Part shown: positions 17,159-27,196 of the stretch, one piece after another
Position numbering within the stretch: position 1 is the stretch's first letter
How the letters are laid out: every line of letters starts with the position of its first letter
NCBI GenBank assembly: GCA_013343275.1
Contig: CP046106.1
Location: 800,001 to 864,000 of the forward strand
Length of the DNA stretch: 64,000 nucleotides
Reading direction: 5' to 3'
Origin: Candidatus Nanohaloarchaea archaeon
Lineage (GTDB): Archaea > Nanohalarchaeota > Nanosalinia > Nanosalinales > Nanosalinaceae
Made by a program: the position numbers and the translations under genes
Notes under the pieces: generated by a model
Seen by the model: only the letters and a program-made list of their open reading frames with translations
Told to the model about the DNA's origin: nothing
Databases searched by the model: none

Positions 17159-18144
17159 TCAACTTCGTATCGGAGGAGCGCGCCGATTCCTCCGAAGTTA
17201 TCCAGTCTTTCTCCGGCTTCGTGGTCGGTGTGCACAATATTTACTTCTCCTCCCATCTGCTCCACCTTCTTCGCCAGTTCGGGATTCCTTCGGTGATTTT
17301 CTGCGGTAATTATCAGCTCTTTGACAGCGCCCTGATCTATTAGATCTTTGACTGGATCGCCGTAACTTACCTTTTCATCGCTGTTAAGGCGGTCGAGAAA
17401 CTCCTCAATGATCTCTGACTCCTCTGAAATACGGGAGGTCTCAACCACTTTTTTCAGGGCCCCGCGCTTGATCGCCTCGTGAAGACCGGTCTTCCCTGTG
17501 ACGGAGGTATCCTGCAGCATCGTCTTCTCCAGAGTCTCGTCCGAAAGCTGGTTCTTGATCTTGTTCTTCTCATTGCCGGGCCCGCAGAGAATAATATAAT
17601 CCATGTCATCTGCGGAACGCTCGATAACCTCCTTCACCTGGTTATGGAAATCACTGGAGTCCTTGTCCGAAGAGTACATCTTGCCAGGAATATTCTCCTC
17701 CACGTTCGACAGGTCCTTGATACCGGACTCCTCAACAATATAGAAATCGGCGCTTCCCTTCTCGATGAGACAGAAGAACACTTTGTAACTTCGTTTCTCC
17801 TCGGCCTCCTCCAGTCGGGCCCACTCTTCCTGGGTGAAATCCTTCCAGATCTCGAACTCCTGCTCAGGCTCCAGGTTAAAGGTGTGAAATCCAAGTTCAA
17901 TGTCCTCGGCGCCCTCTAAGATCTCTCCGGTAACGCGCAGACGGCTCTCCTGATACTCTGTCTTTTCCACCTCCAGAGTCAAAGTACAGGTTTTCTTTTC
18001 ACGTCCATCCAGCTTCGTACGCTGAGTAGTGGCCCTGACTTCGTCACCTTTCGCAATAATATCCTTCAGGTACCAGAGATCGTCCTGGTTCTCAATCCTG
18101 ATCTTGGCGTAACCCTCTCCGCGATCGGTTTTTAACAGCTTCAT
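17155..18144 (-). CDS. pelA: Pelota (Dom34) ribosome-rescue factor
   Basis: DDLWYL, RLRVTG, HT.N, IPGK, GPG, HEAGE.L..FGGI.ALLRY; start MKLLK at 18144. Confidence 0.93.
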   Translation of the reverse strand: MKLLKTDRGEGYAKIRIENQDDLWYLKDIIAKGDEVRATTQRTKLDGREKKTCTLTLEVEKTEYQESRLRVTGEILEGAEDIELGFHTFNLEPEQEFEIWKDFTQEEWARLEEAEEKRSYKVFFCLIEKGSADFYIVEESGIKDLSNVEENIPGKMYSSDKDSSDFHNQVKEVIERSADDMDYIILCGPGNEKNKIKNQLSDETLEKTMLQDTSVTGKTGLHEAIKRGALKKVVETSRISEESEIIEEFLDRLNSDEKVSYGDPVKDLIDQGAVKELIITAENHRRNPELAKKVEQMGGEVNIVHTDHEAGERLDNFGGIGALLRYEVD

Positions 18145-18196
18145 ACAGTTCAAAGGACAACCTACAAATAAAAACATGCAAAAACCACTCATAAGC

Positions 18197-19324
18197 ATGG
18201 AGAACGAGTTCGCCGTCATACTTGTCGCAGGCCTCGCAGTCTTCGGACTATTCTGGGTAGCATCGCAGAGCTACAATTTCAACAACCAGGCTACCTCGCA
18301 ACTTACACTTTACGAAAAAGACTTCGGACAGATCGGACAGGCCAGTCAGGACATAAGAACTGTGAACTTCGGCAGCTTCTCGGTAGGCGAAGGACGAGGC
18401 GACGTACAGGCCTACAGGGAGGAAAAAGCAACCTTGCGAAACAAGCTTCTAGGAGGCCAGAAAATCACGATAAAATACGATGCTACTGCTCCCAAAACAG
18501 GCCATATAGAGTTTGAAGTTCTAGGAAAAGACGGTAACGGTGCAGTATACGTTAAAGTTAACGGGAAAACAATATTCAATGAGAAACTTGTTACAACAGG
18601 CACTCCATCAATTAACATCTCTGCGGACGTCCTCAAACCAGGAATGAACAAGATTGTTATCGGAACAAGACAGGGAGGCCTCTTCTCATCTACAGAGTAC
18701 GTTATAGAGGATATAGAGGTTACTGTTAATGACAGAAAGTTCAATGACTACCAGAAATCTTTCCGTGTCTACCAGTACGAGATAGAGGAGTTCGCAGCAG
18801 CCAACCTCACGTTCACTCTGCCTGTCGACTCATCAACACGAACAGCACCGCTCAAAGTATTTGTAAATAATGAAAAAGTCTTCTCACAGAAGATATCACG
18901 TTCAACGCAATCAATCTCACTGGACAGAAATCAGATCAATGTAGGGTACAACACTGTAAGATTCGAGACTGAAGGCAACGCCCGTTACGCACTGGAGAAC
19001 ACCGATCTCACTCTCCGTTACTTTGGAACAATTAAACCCGGGACAGCAACAGCAAGCTTCAACCTAAATAAAACATCTCTGTCCTTCGCGCAGAGGGAGA
19101 AAACCAATGAATACATCAATTTCAACTACGTAAACCTGATGCCGTCCACAAATCCGGTACAGATCACATTAAATCAGTACTCGAAGACAATAACACCTGA
19201 CAGCTTCTCGGTAATCAGGATACCGGAAGAAACACTGGAAGAGCAGAACGAAATCACAGTCTCCAGCAACGGCTCCTACATAATCAGAAACCTGAACGTC
19301 CTCTCACAGAGGCCTGAAAAATGA
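18197..19324 (+). CDS. Membrane-anchored beta-rich surface protein
   Basis: N-terminal TM followed by repeated beta-rich segments (V.VN...F, G.N.I). Confidence 0.75.
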   Translation: MENEFAVILVAGLAVFGLFWVASQSYNFNNQATSQLTLYEKDFGQIGQASQDIRTVNFGSFSVGEGRGDVQAYREEKATLRNKLLGGQKITIKYDATAPKTGHIEFEVLGKDGNGAVYVKVNGKTIFNEKLVTTGTPSINISADVLKPGMNKIVIGTRQGGLFSSTEYVIEDIEVTVNDRKFNDYQKSFRVYQYEIEEFAAANLTFTLPVDSSTRTAPLKVFVNNEKVFSQKISRSTQSISLDRNQINVGYNTVRFETEGNARYALENTDLTLRYFGTIKPGTATASFNLNKTSLSFAQREKTNEYINFNYVNLMPSTNPVQITLNQYSKTITPDSFSVIRIPEETLEEQNEITVSSNGSYIIRNLNVLSQRPEK

Positions 19325-21645
19325 GCTGGATAAAAAATAAGATACTCTGCCTCATAGCATATGCACTACCTACCCCGGTTGATTTCGACTGGTTCGGCGT
19401 TCTAGGGATAAATAGGCTGCCTGTTATAGGAAAACTTCCTGTCAGAAAGATAGATTTTGGAGCTCTTTCCTGGCCTAAAAGAATCTTTGCAGGCATTCTT
19501 CTTTTAGTGCCATATATTGACCTAGAGCTGTTCACTCTTCTGGGACTTGACCACAAACTAGGTCTTTACTCCCAAGGTACTTCAACCAGCGCTTCCAATA
19601 CTAACTCAATGAATAGAACGCCGCGTGGAGGGCAGCAGCCAAGTCAGGGGGGCCACAGTCTCAAAGGTATCTTCATAGTGCTGATGTTTGTACTCCTCAT
19701 AGGAGGAGTATTCACCACAGGATACGGTTCTCTGGCAAGTAATACTATAGGTAATCAGGTAATAGGCCTTGATTTGCAAGATGAGTTCCTGGCTGTTGAG
19801 CAGGCTGTGCAGCAGGCGCAGTGCTTTGGAAATGCGGCGTGTATGAGGAAATGGCGTTTCAATAATACTAGAAGGCCGGAATCTAATACGGTAGGTCAGG
19901 AGTACAAGCTTGATATAGAAGGTTTCTCAGTTAACGGCGGCAATCCTGTGGATGTAGGTGGTAGAGCTCCGGGCTATATCTTCCCTGTCACTTTCTCCGT
20001 TACTAACCCGAGATACGGGCTGAAAGGGATTACTGCCAGGGATGCGCAGTACAGAGTCGTTGTTCAGAAAGCCTCAGGCTTTGCAGGCCTGGAAGGAGCT
20101 AAAAATCTCTGCTCTACAGGATGGAAACCTCTAAATGGCCAGTACGCTTCTTCCTATGGGGGCAAGACAGGAACTATTTACCCTGGCGGGTTTGCCACTC
20201 CTCTGGGAACTCTTGGGGATTTGAATTTAAGCGCCTGTGGCTTGATGCAGCCCGCACTGGGTATGAACAGGCATGTTGAACTTCAGGTAAGATACAACTA
20301 CTCCTCAAAGGCCCAGGTCTCTGTTGAGGCCATGGCATTGAACAACATGGATGGAGGCTTCGAGTACAAACCTTCTAGAACAGCAGATACTCCTGTAAAA
20401 ACCAGAATAAATGTTCAGAGCCCTATAACTTATGCAACCCAAGGTCCTACTCCAAGACCAAATGTATTTTTGGTTAAAGTAGGTTTCCAGACTGCTCAGA
20501 ATAATATAAGATACAAGGTGCATCCTGATGAACTGGTGATTCATGATTCATCAGCTACTGTCGATGTAAACAATGCTCCTCAGAGGTTTCAGGACATGCT
20601 TGGAACTGCTAACTGTAGAGGCCTTACTAAGGTAGGTACAGATACTTACAAACTGTCTGAGCAGCAGAGAGATTTCATCAGAGGCAAATGGTACAAATCA
20701 AGCGGCACTCCGCCAACAATGGCTATCTGCGCCATGATTCTCGAAGAGCCTTCCTCCATAAGTCCTTCGGGAGAGACTCTCAGAATGAGTATAGACGCTA
20801 ATTACACGGTACAGCTACATGAATCAGTAACCAACTTTAGAGCACTGAATGGTCGATGTGGAGCGAATGAACAGAAAAACTGTCCATTCCTTGTGCCTGA
20901 GAATAAGATTGGAGAGTATCAGGGCGTTGAACAGGAGCATCTGATTAGTAAATGTGACAGCGATCTACGAGTTGATGCCTCTGATGGCTGCGATGTCAGA
21001 AAGGGGGGAGAGCCAGTAGGAGAATCATGGAGAACAGTGAATATATGGAACAATGGATCTGTTGATGCGGAGATCGAGGAAGGTGAAACAGCGTATACTT
21101 GGAATTATATTAAAGATAAATTCCGAAGTTCATTTATTGATTTATCTGATTTCCAGGGTGACAAGGCCTTATTACCTGAGGTTCCCGGAGTAAGAATAGG
21201 TTTAGAAAGCGAATATAGGGATACAGCTATTGGCTTGTCGGGTTCCGAGCTGAGAAGCCTTCAGGAGGTCAAAGAGGAGGACTTCCAGAGTGCTGTGTTA
21301 GTGAAGGTTGATAACTTTGGAAAGGATATTGAGGTCAGATCAGTTAGCCCTATCCTATGTAAGCAGGGCTTTGGTCTAGACTATTCGGCAAATATGAAGG
21401 ATTTTACCAAATACTGGGTACAGGATAATAGTGATGTAGAAAACTTGCTTCTGTTCAAAGGTAAAGCATATGATGACTGTTCTCGGGGCCAGGGATGGGT
21501 ACAGGATGCTCTGGATTATGTTACTGGCGGCCAAAGTCCTAAAGAGGCATTTAAAGAAGCTCTCAATAACTGTAGAAATAGAAATGGGAGGCTTATTGGG
21601 GTTATTGTAGTTGATCAAGGCAGGTTTGAATGCTACGATGGCTAG
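19321..21645 (+). CDS. Large membrane-anchored Cys-rich surface protein
   Basis: 774 aa, TM near aa 115-135, many Cys; shares motifs with the downstream lipoproteins. Confidence 0.72.
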   Translation: MSWIKNKILCLIAYALPTPVDFDWFGVLGINRLPVIGKLPVRKIDFGALSWPKRIFAGILLLVPYIDLELFTLLGLDHKLGLYSQGTSTSASNTNSMNRTPRGGQQPSQGGHSLKGIFIVLMFVLLIGGVFTTGYGSLASNTIGNQVIGLDLQDEFLAVEQAVQQAQCFGNAACMRKWRFNNTRRPESNTVGQEYKLDIEGFSVNGGNPVDVGGRAPGYIFPVTFSVTNPRYGLKGITARDAQYRVVVQKASGFAGLEGAKNLCSTGWKPLNGQYASSYGGKTGTIYPGGFATPLGTLGDLNLSACGLMQPALGMNRHVELQVRYNYSSKAQVSVEAMALNNMDGGFEYKPSRTADTPVKTRINVQSPITYATQGPTPRPNVFLVKVGFQTAQNNIRYKVHPDELVIHDSSATVDVNNAPQRFQDMLGTANCRGLTKVGTDTYKLSEQQRDFIRGKWYKSSGTPPTMAICAMILEEPSSISPSGETLRMSIDANYTVQLHESVTNFRALNGRCGANEQKNCPFLVPENKIGEYQGVEQEHLISKCDSDLRVDASDGCDVRKGGEPVGESWRTVNIWNNGSVDAEIEEGETAYTWNYIKDKFRSSFIDLSDFQGDKALLPEVPGVRIGLESEYRDTAIGLSGSELRSLQEVKEEDFQSAVLVKVDNFGKDIEVRSVSPILCKQGFGLDYSANMKDFTKYWVQDNSDVENLLLFKGKAYDDCSRGQGWVQDALDYVTGGQSPKEAFKEALNNCRNRNGRLIGVIVVDQGRFECYDG

Positions 21646-22442
21646 GTCAGTGTAAGTGTTGATAGAATGTTTCTTGTACCTATTGCGAGGCCGAGTAGAG
21701 CGATCAGGAACAGGTAGTAGTTTTTCTCCTCCCCCTCCATATTCTCTGTTATGTAGTATACTGCTGGTATTATGACGAGTCCTTTCATCAGGAACATACT
21801 GTAAGGGCCGAAGTTGTTGATGAAGAACTGGCCTAGCACGTGTTTCTCCTGACCTCCGAAGGTTACTGCGGTGACTGTTGTGGAGGCATCGAAGAAATGT
21901 GCGGCGACAGGTATGGTGAAGGAAGGTTTCCAGAGTTCAGGTTTCAGCAGGTTTATAGTTGCGTATCCTGCGATACTCCAGGTTAGTACTATAGCTGTGA
22001 AAAGTTTCAGAGCGGCCCAGTTGTTTATGCTGTAGAATGATAGAGCTGCTGCAAGAGGTATAATACCTGTTACGGCGAGTATCTTGTATGGTTTGAACTC
22101 TATACGTTCTGAGGCCTTCTGTGAGAACTTTATTGCTGCGACGGTGAAAGTGAAAAGCACTATGTATATGAAAGGCGTTTCAAGCAGCACAGTGTTTACC
22201 GCATTGATGTCCTTCAGCGATCTTGCTGCACCGCCGAGGAAGACAAAAGGCGCTATACCCTTGAAGAACTCCTTGTTGAAGTCGATACCCATCTTCTTGG
22301 AGAAAGGATAGACCAGATAGAGGGCCGCGATACCGAAAAGCAGTGCGTAAACTGTGGTGTTGTAAGGGTTGTAGTAGACCGATTCGTTGGCAACCGGCAC
22401 CCAGAACTTCTCAACTAAAAACCTTTTAATCTGGCCTAACAT
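21642..22442 (-). CDS. DUF63-family membrane protein
   Basis: YNPYNT.VY, AHFFDA..T, EKHV, LGL..G.RN; start MLGQ at 22442. Confidence 0.82.
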   Translation of the reverse strand: MLGQIKRFLVEKFWVPVANESVYYNPYNTTVYALLFGIAALYLVYPFSKKMGIDFNKEFFKGIAPFVFLGGAARSLKDINAVNTVLLETPFIYIVLFTFTVAAIKFSQKASERIEFKPYKILAVTGIIPLAAALSFYSINNWAALKLFTAIVLTWSIAGYATINLLKPELWKPSFTIPVAAHFFDASTTVTAVTFGGQEKHVLGQFFINNFGPYSMFLMKGLVIIPAVYYITENMEGEEKNYYLFLIALLGLAIGTRNILSTLTLT

Positions 22443-22452
22443 AGTATGTTGT

Positions 22453-23352
22453 ATGGACACACGGGAGCTAGGTATAAGTATCTTATTTCTAGTCGTTCTT
22501 ACCTCAGGCTGCATAGGCCCAAGCGGCCAGACCACGCAGAAGTCCTCAGGAAAGGCAATCACTATAGAAGGCCCAACGGTAAGGCCGAGCTCCCACGAGA
22601 TATACCCTGACTCAACGATAAGAGTCTCAATGGGGGTCAAAAATACAGGAGAAATGAATGGTACACTGATGGTCGGCGACCAGGGAAAGCAAATACTAAC
22701 CAATTACTGTCCTGATATATTCAGGATCCAGAGCTACAATGCTGAAAGCTCAAAAACAACGGATAATAAAAACTCTTACTTCCTGAAGCCGGGCTGGGAG
22801 GCCTCATTCAGCTGGGAGCTTAAACAGTACAGCGATGTATCTATAATGGGACAGGAATGCGGACTGGAGTTCCAGGCGCCTTTCAACTACAGTGTATCAG
22901 CTTACCGGCAGCTGCAGATAAAGAAAAGCCCTCAGGCGGGAGGAGATCCTTACCTCTCATCTAAAACATCTTCGGGCCCATTATCCATACAGTTAGAGAC
23001 CTTCGGCAGCAGCGCAGATGCCGGCGCGCCTGTATTCCTTGAAGGCGATGATATAGAGATGCTAGCTCGCTTCAGCAAGAGAAGCAGCAAGGAATCTCCA
23101 TACAGAGGCCTCATCGATATTTACGATCCACAGTTCAGCTCCGAGAATATCGATATTGTTAGAGATAGCTGCGAGATTCCTGACAGGATTATAATGTATC
23201 AGGGGGATTCACAGATCATAAGGTGTGAGCTGGATTATGGCGGATCTATAAGCTCTCCAAGTATAAGAGCACAGATATCGGCTCAGGCAGATTACCAGTA
23301 CACGAAAGATGCTGGAACAAGAACTGTAGAGGTGAAGTACAGTGGAAACTAA
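22453..23352 (+). CDS. Predicted lipoprotein
   Basis: Hydrophobic leader with lipobox-like LTSGC. Confidence 0.8.
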   Translation: MDTRELGISILFLVVLTSGCIGPSGQTTQKSSGKAITIEGPTVRPSSHEIYPDSTIRVSMGVKNTGEMNGTLMVGDQGKQILTNYCPDIFRIQSYNAESSKTTDNKNSYFLKPGWEASFSWELKQYSDVSIMGQECGLEFQAPFNYSVSAYRQLQIKKSPQAGGDPYLSSKTSSGPLSIQLETFGSSADAGAPVFLEGDDIEMLARFSKRSSKESPYRGLIDIYDPQFSSENIDIVRDSCEIPDRIIMYQGDSQIIRCELDYGGSISSPSIRAQISAQADYQYTKDAGTRTVEVKYSGN

Positions 23353-24160
23353 GCTTGTGGCATTAATAATGATCGTAGTAGCTGTATCAGGTTGCTCACA
23401 GCTACCTACAAACGGCAACAAAGATCCTTCGGTAGAGAACAAGCAGGTAGCAGGGAAAGGCCTGGAGGTAACTAGCTTCAGGGCTGTGGATAATACTTTG
23501 AGGCCTGGCCAGAGAACTAAAGTGGTGCTTAACCTCAGAAACTACCATACCTCAGATATATCTATTATCAATAAGACTCTGATTAATACAGGCCTTCTGA
23601 GAGCAAGTAATAGGGACTGCAGTCCGAACAATATCCGGAGAGCTCAGAAAGATCTTCAGCCTGAGATGAGGTGTGAGTGGGACGTTAGCGTCCCAAGCAG
23701 TGTAGAGCTGAGTACGGAGAAGAAACCTCAGTCGATGACGCTTTTCCTGAAGTACAGCTCCAGCCTTACCTTGGTTAACCCGCTTAAGCTAGATTTCAAG
23801 CAGTACTCTAATGTTAACAGCACATCAACAGTTACCAGAAGTTTCTCAAACGGCGAGGTTCGAGGTCAAATGACTGTGGAAACTCCTGCAACTCTTCAGG
23901 GCCGGAAGGTAGACTTCACTGTTAGGGAGGTAGGCAGTGGTAGAGTAACTTCGAAGTATACCTTTGATTTCTTCCCCCAGACACCTCAGGTATTCTATGG
24001 ATGCCCTGAAGATGAAGCCAAAGAACCGATCGTTGGAAAGAAGCTGGAGTTCTCCTGCACGGTCAGAACAGACTCTCCTACCACGAAAAGCCTGTATTTC
24101 TCCACATATTATAAATACGCGAAAGAACCAACACTCAACATAAACATCGTGAATAACTAA
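23342..24160 (+). CDS. Predicted lipoprotein
   Basis: Leader with VSGC; paralogous to its neighbours. Confidence 0.8.
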   Translation: METKLVALIMIVVAVSGCSQLPTNGNKDPSVENKQVAGKGLEVTSFRAVDNTLRPGQRTKVVLNLRNYHTSDISIINKTLINTGLLRASNRDCSPNNIRRAQKDLQPEMRCEWDVSVPSSVELSTEKKPQSMTLFLKYSSSLTLVNPLKLDFKQYSNVNSTSTVTRSFSNGEVRGQMTVETPATLQGRKVDFTVREVGSGRVTSKYTFDFFPQTPQVFYGCPEDEAKEPIVGKKLEFSCTVRTDSPTTKSLYFSTYYKYAKEPTLNINIVNN

Positions 24161-25101
24161 TGAATACTCCAGACCGTAAACTCGGCCTAGTACTCCTGTC
24201 TCTGATCGTCGTTGTGTCAGGATGTACCGATAGTTCTCAAAATGGTTCAGTAACAGTAAGCCAGACCTCGGGAATCGAGATAATGAGTTACCAGGCTACC
24301 CCGGATACGCTGTCAGGAGGTCAGACAGCAACACTACAGATGAATATCAAGAACAGGGGAGGAGTAGATGCGCAGAATGTACAGGCTCATCTGACCAATC
24401 CTGAGTTCGGTAGCGATAGCGGCCTCTGGTCAGTATCGAACGGCGCCTGGAAAGATGGTTTCGATACTTTGAGAGGTCCTAATCCTGAGTCAGGGCAGAG
24501 TGCTTTGACTAGGACTATTCAGTGGAGTGTGACAGCACCGAACAAGAACAACCAGATTCCTATAGATTACAGTTTCGATACCGATCTATTCTACAAGTAC
24601 CAGACGCAGGCAGTTACACAGATGAGGCTGGTCAACACTAACTCTGTTGAAGGACAGCCTACACGGACAACTCCTCAGATCGAGAACACAGGAGGACCAA
24701 TCCAGCTAGGCCTACAGGCCACTTCTCCTGTAATATTCACTGAAAGCGGTGGAGGCTCCACAAAGAGTATGCCGTTCTGTATAACAATGCAGAACGTAGG
24801 TGCGGGAACCCCATTCCTGTACAACCAGTCAAAAGTAGATGGCACAGCTTACAGAGGAGTTAACGACGATATAACCAATAAGATTAAACTTCATATCGAG
24901 ACTTCCAGCAGCTTCATCGATTTCAGCAAGAACACTGTTACAAAGGAGCTGATTGGTAGCCCGCCTTCCACCTGTGTAAACATGAACGCCAGCTACGTTT
25001 CCACCAGTGAAGGCAGCACCACCTCACCAATTACAATCACTGCTGAGTACGGATACAGGCTTCAGGACAGTACCTCGATAACTCTCAAAACAGGGCCTTA
25101 A
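24160..25101 (+). CDS. Predicted lipoprotein
   Basis: Leader with VSGC; CARDB-like I.N.G segment. Confidence 0.8.
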   Translation: MNTPDRKLGLVLLSLIVVVSGCTDSSQNGSVTVSQTSGIEIMSYQATPDTLSGGQTATLQMNIKNRGGVDAQNVQAHLTNPEFGSDSGLWSVSNGAWKDGFDTLRGPNPESGQSALTRTIQWSVTAPNKNNQIPIDYSFDTDLFYKYQTQAVTQMRLVNTNSVEGQPTRTTPQIENTGGPIQLGLQATSPVIFTESGGGSTKSMPFCITMQNVGAGTPFLYNQSKVDGTAYRGVNDDITNKIKLHIETSSSFIDFSKNTVTKELIGSPPSTCVNMNASYVSTSEGSTTSPITITAEYGYRLQDSTSITLKTGP

Positions 25102-25371
25102 ACACGGGCCTTGAATTCCATATTTCTTCATCTATTTTCATCTTCTATCTTCCTTACTGTTGATCTTTCTCCTTTTCTGGGGTGAAGACCTATCTTCTGG
25201 CTCTTCTGTGTTCTACTTAGATTGCTGATATCTGCCGGCCTTTCTCAGTATTCTGTCATGGCTCTCATCAGCTTAGTTTTCTGCAGAGATTAAGAGTTAG
25301 AGATTTATCTGCTGTATTTCCTATTTGGGTGGGAGAAAAGGAGGAGAAAAATGGATAGGGGATGTGAGGTG

Positions 25372-27102
25372 TTATCCTCGGTAGAGGATGAATCCTACGA
25401 TTCCTGCTGAGATTACTATGGAGACTAGCAGTTTGACGAGTGAGTTGGAGTTCTGGATGGAGTTGGCCAGGTTGGATGCGCTCTTCTGGAATGCTCCTGT
25501 CAGACTGTCTCCTCCTTTGTCGCTCTTGATTGCTTCCTTGATCTCCTGTCCGATAACAAGCTTGACTGTCTCGGACTTCTTGACCTGTTCGCCTACTGCT
25601 GTTGCTGTGATCTCTACCTGTCCCTTCTTCTGGAATGGGATGCTGGCATAGATGTAGGCTGTTTCTGACTGGCCTGCTGGTACTGTTACTGATTCTGGTT
25701 TGATGTCTATCCAGGCTGGCCCTTCGTAGGTAAGTCTGTAGGTGTTCTGCTGTGTGCCTGTGTTGTTGAGTTTGATCTCGTAGACTGTGCTTGTGTTCTC
25801 TCCTGCGCTCTTGACTTCAGGTACCACGTTCATGCTGAGATCCCAGCAGTTGAATACCTGGAAGCTTCCTGTAACTGACTTGGTTGGCTGGTCAAATGTT
25901 GTTGATTCCGCTGTCAGTGTGAAGGAGTGCTGTCCCAGTTCGTAATCAGAGGTATTGAATACGACCTCTACAATCTCTGACTCTCCTGGTGAAAGCTCTA
26001 CTGAATCTGTCTTCAGATCTCCTCTGTTTGTAGAGAGATCGAAGGTGTCTTTCGCTGCGCCTGTGTTAGTTACCTTGCTTTCGTAAGTTACTTTCTCGTT
26101 TTCACATACGTTCCTGCTTGCGTCGTCAAACGTGACCTTGACATCGTTGCCGTTGAAGACGTTCAGAGTTGCTGTCGTCTGCGCGGTTGATCTTCCGTTA
26201 GATGAAACAGTGATGGTCTTCTCTCCCAGTTCTTCAGGAGTTACGGACAGTGTAACTGTCTTGCTCTTCATCCCATCAACTTCAACAGTAGTCTTGGATA
26301 GAGTTCCCTGGCTGGCCTGAAGTGTAAATGTATCGGCCTTTGTTCCCTGGTTAAGCACGGTGACATCGTACTTTGCTGTATTGAATGCTGCTACTTCCTG
26401 ACTCTCAGGAGTGATCGATAGAGCGGAACTGTAGCAGGTAACCGAGTTGAATGTTAATCTTTCAATGTCCTGTGCGTAGCTAGTAGTTGAGGCAGCTACC
26501 ACGTTGAAAGACTGTGTTACTGCCTGCTTAGAAGAGGCAGTTAGTGTAACGTACTTTGTTTCTCCATCTTCAAGAGTTACCTTGTTCTGTGAGAGATCTC
26601 CGTAATCTGTAGTTATCTTAAATGTCTCAGGCTGAATACCCTGGTTCGTAACTTCTACTCTGTAGTTTGCGTTCTCTCCTCTACAGACGGACTTTGAATC
26701 ATCAACAGTCATCGCGACCTCGTGCTCTTTAACTACATTAACAATCCCTGTAATGGAGTACTTCTTGTTGGTGGCACGGGACTGAGCAGTTACCTCGAAA
26801 GAATAACGGCCTGCATCCTTGGTGACCTTAGGATCATACCAGACATAGATAGTCTTCTTCTCTCCGGCATCAAGATAGAAACTGGAAGGCTGAGCAGTAA
26901 CTTCAGAAGTCTCAGTAAGTATACTGTAGTGATCCTTCACAGGACCGGTGTTCTCGATCTCTACCTGGTAAGAGGCGTAACTATCTATCGGAGTGGTGGC
27001 CTCCTTCGGGAAAATAGTCATGTCAGCAGTGCTCGCAGCTGCTGTTGTAAGTGAGGTTAGAATTAGTAAGGTTACAAATAGAGTTTTTCCAAGACTTCGC
27101 AT
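25372..27102 (-). CDS. Ig-like (CARDB/COG1470-type) repeat surface protein with C-terminal TM
   Basis: Five ~100-aa repeats (Y.V.V.N.G...D.F.L); signal peptide; SD AGGTGA before ATG at 27102. Confidence 0.8.
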   Translation of the reverse strand: MRSLGKTLFVTLLILTSLTTAAASTADMTIFPKEATTPIDSYASYQVEIENTGPVKDHYSILTETSEVTAQPSSFYLDAGEKKTIYVWYDPKVTKDAGRYSFEVTAQSRATNKKYSITGIVNVVKEHEVAMTVDDSKSVCRGENANYRVEVTNQGIQPETFKITTDYGDLSQNKVTLEDGETKYVTLTASSKQAVTQSFNVVAASTTSYAQDIERLTFNSVTCYSSALSITPESQEVAAFNTAKYDVTVLNQGTKADTFTLQASQGTLSKTTVEVDGMKSKTVTLSVTPEELGEKTITVSSNGRSTAQTTATLNVFNGNDVKVTFDDASRNVCENEKVTYESKVTNTGAAKDTFDLSTNRGDLKTDSVELSPGESEIVEVVFNTSDYELGQHSFTLTAESTTFDQPTKSVTGSFQVFNCWDLSMNVVPEVKSAGENTSTVYEIKLNNTGTQQNTYRLTYEGPAWIDIKPESVTVPAGQSETAYIYASIPFQKKGQVEITATAVGEQVKKSETVKLVIGQEIKEAIKSDKGGDSLTGAFQKSASNLANSIQNSNSLVKLLVSIVISAGIVGFILYRG

Positions 27103-27196
27103 TGAAATTGTCACCTGTTAATAACACCTCGGTTTAAATTTTATATATTAGTCGGTAGTAACAGAATCAAGGAACGACTTCGGGATAATAAAAAAT

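Noticed and set aside
25102-25371. 270-nt pyrimidine-rich gap between convergent genes
   Set aside because: No convincing ORF and only weak pairing; best explained as a terminator region.
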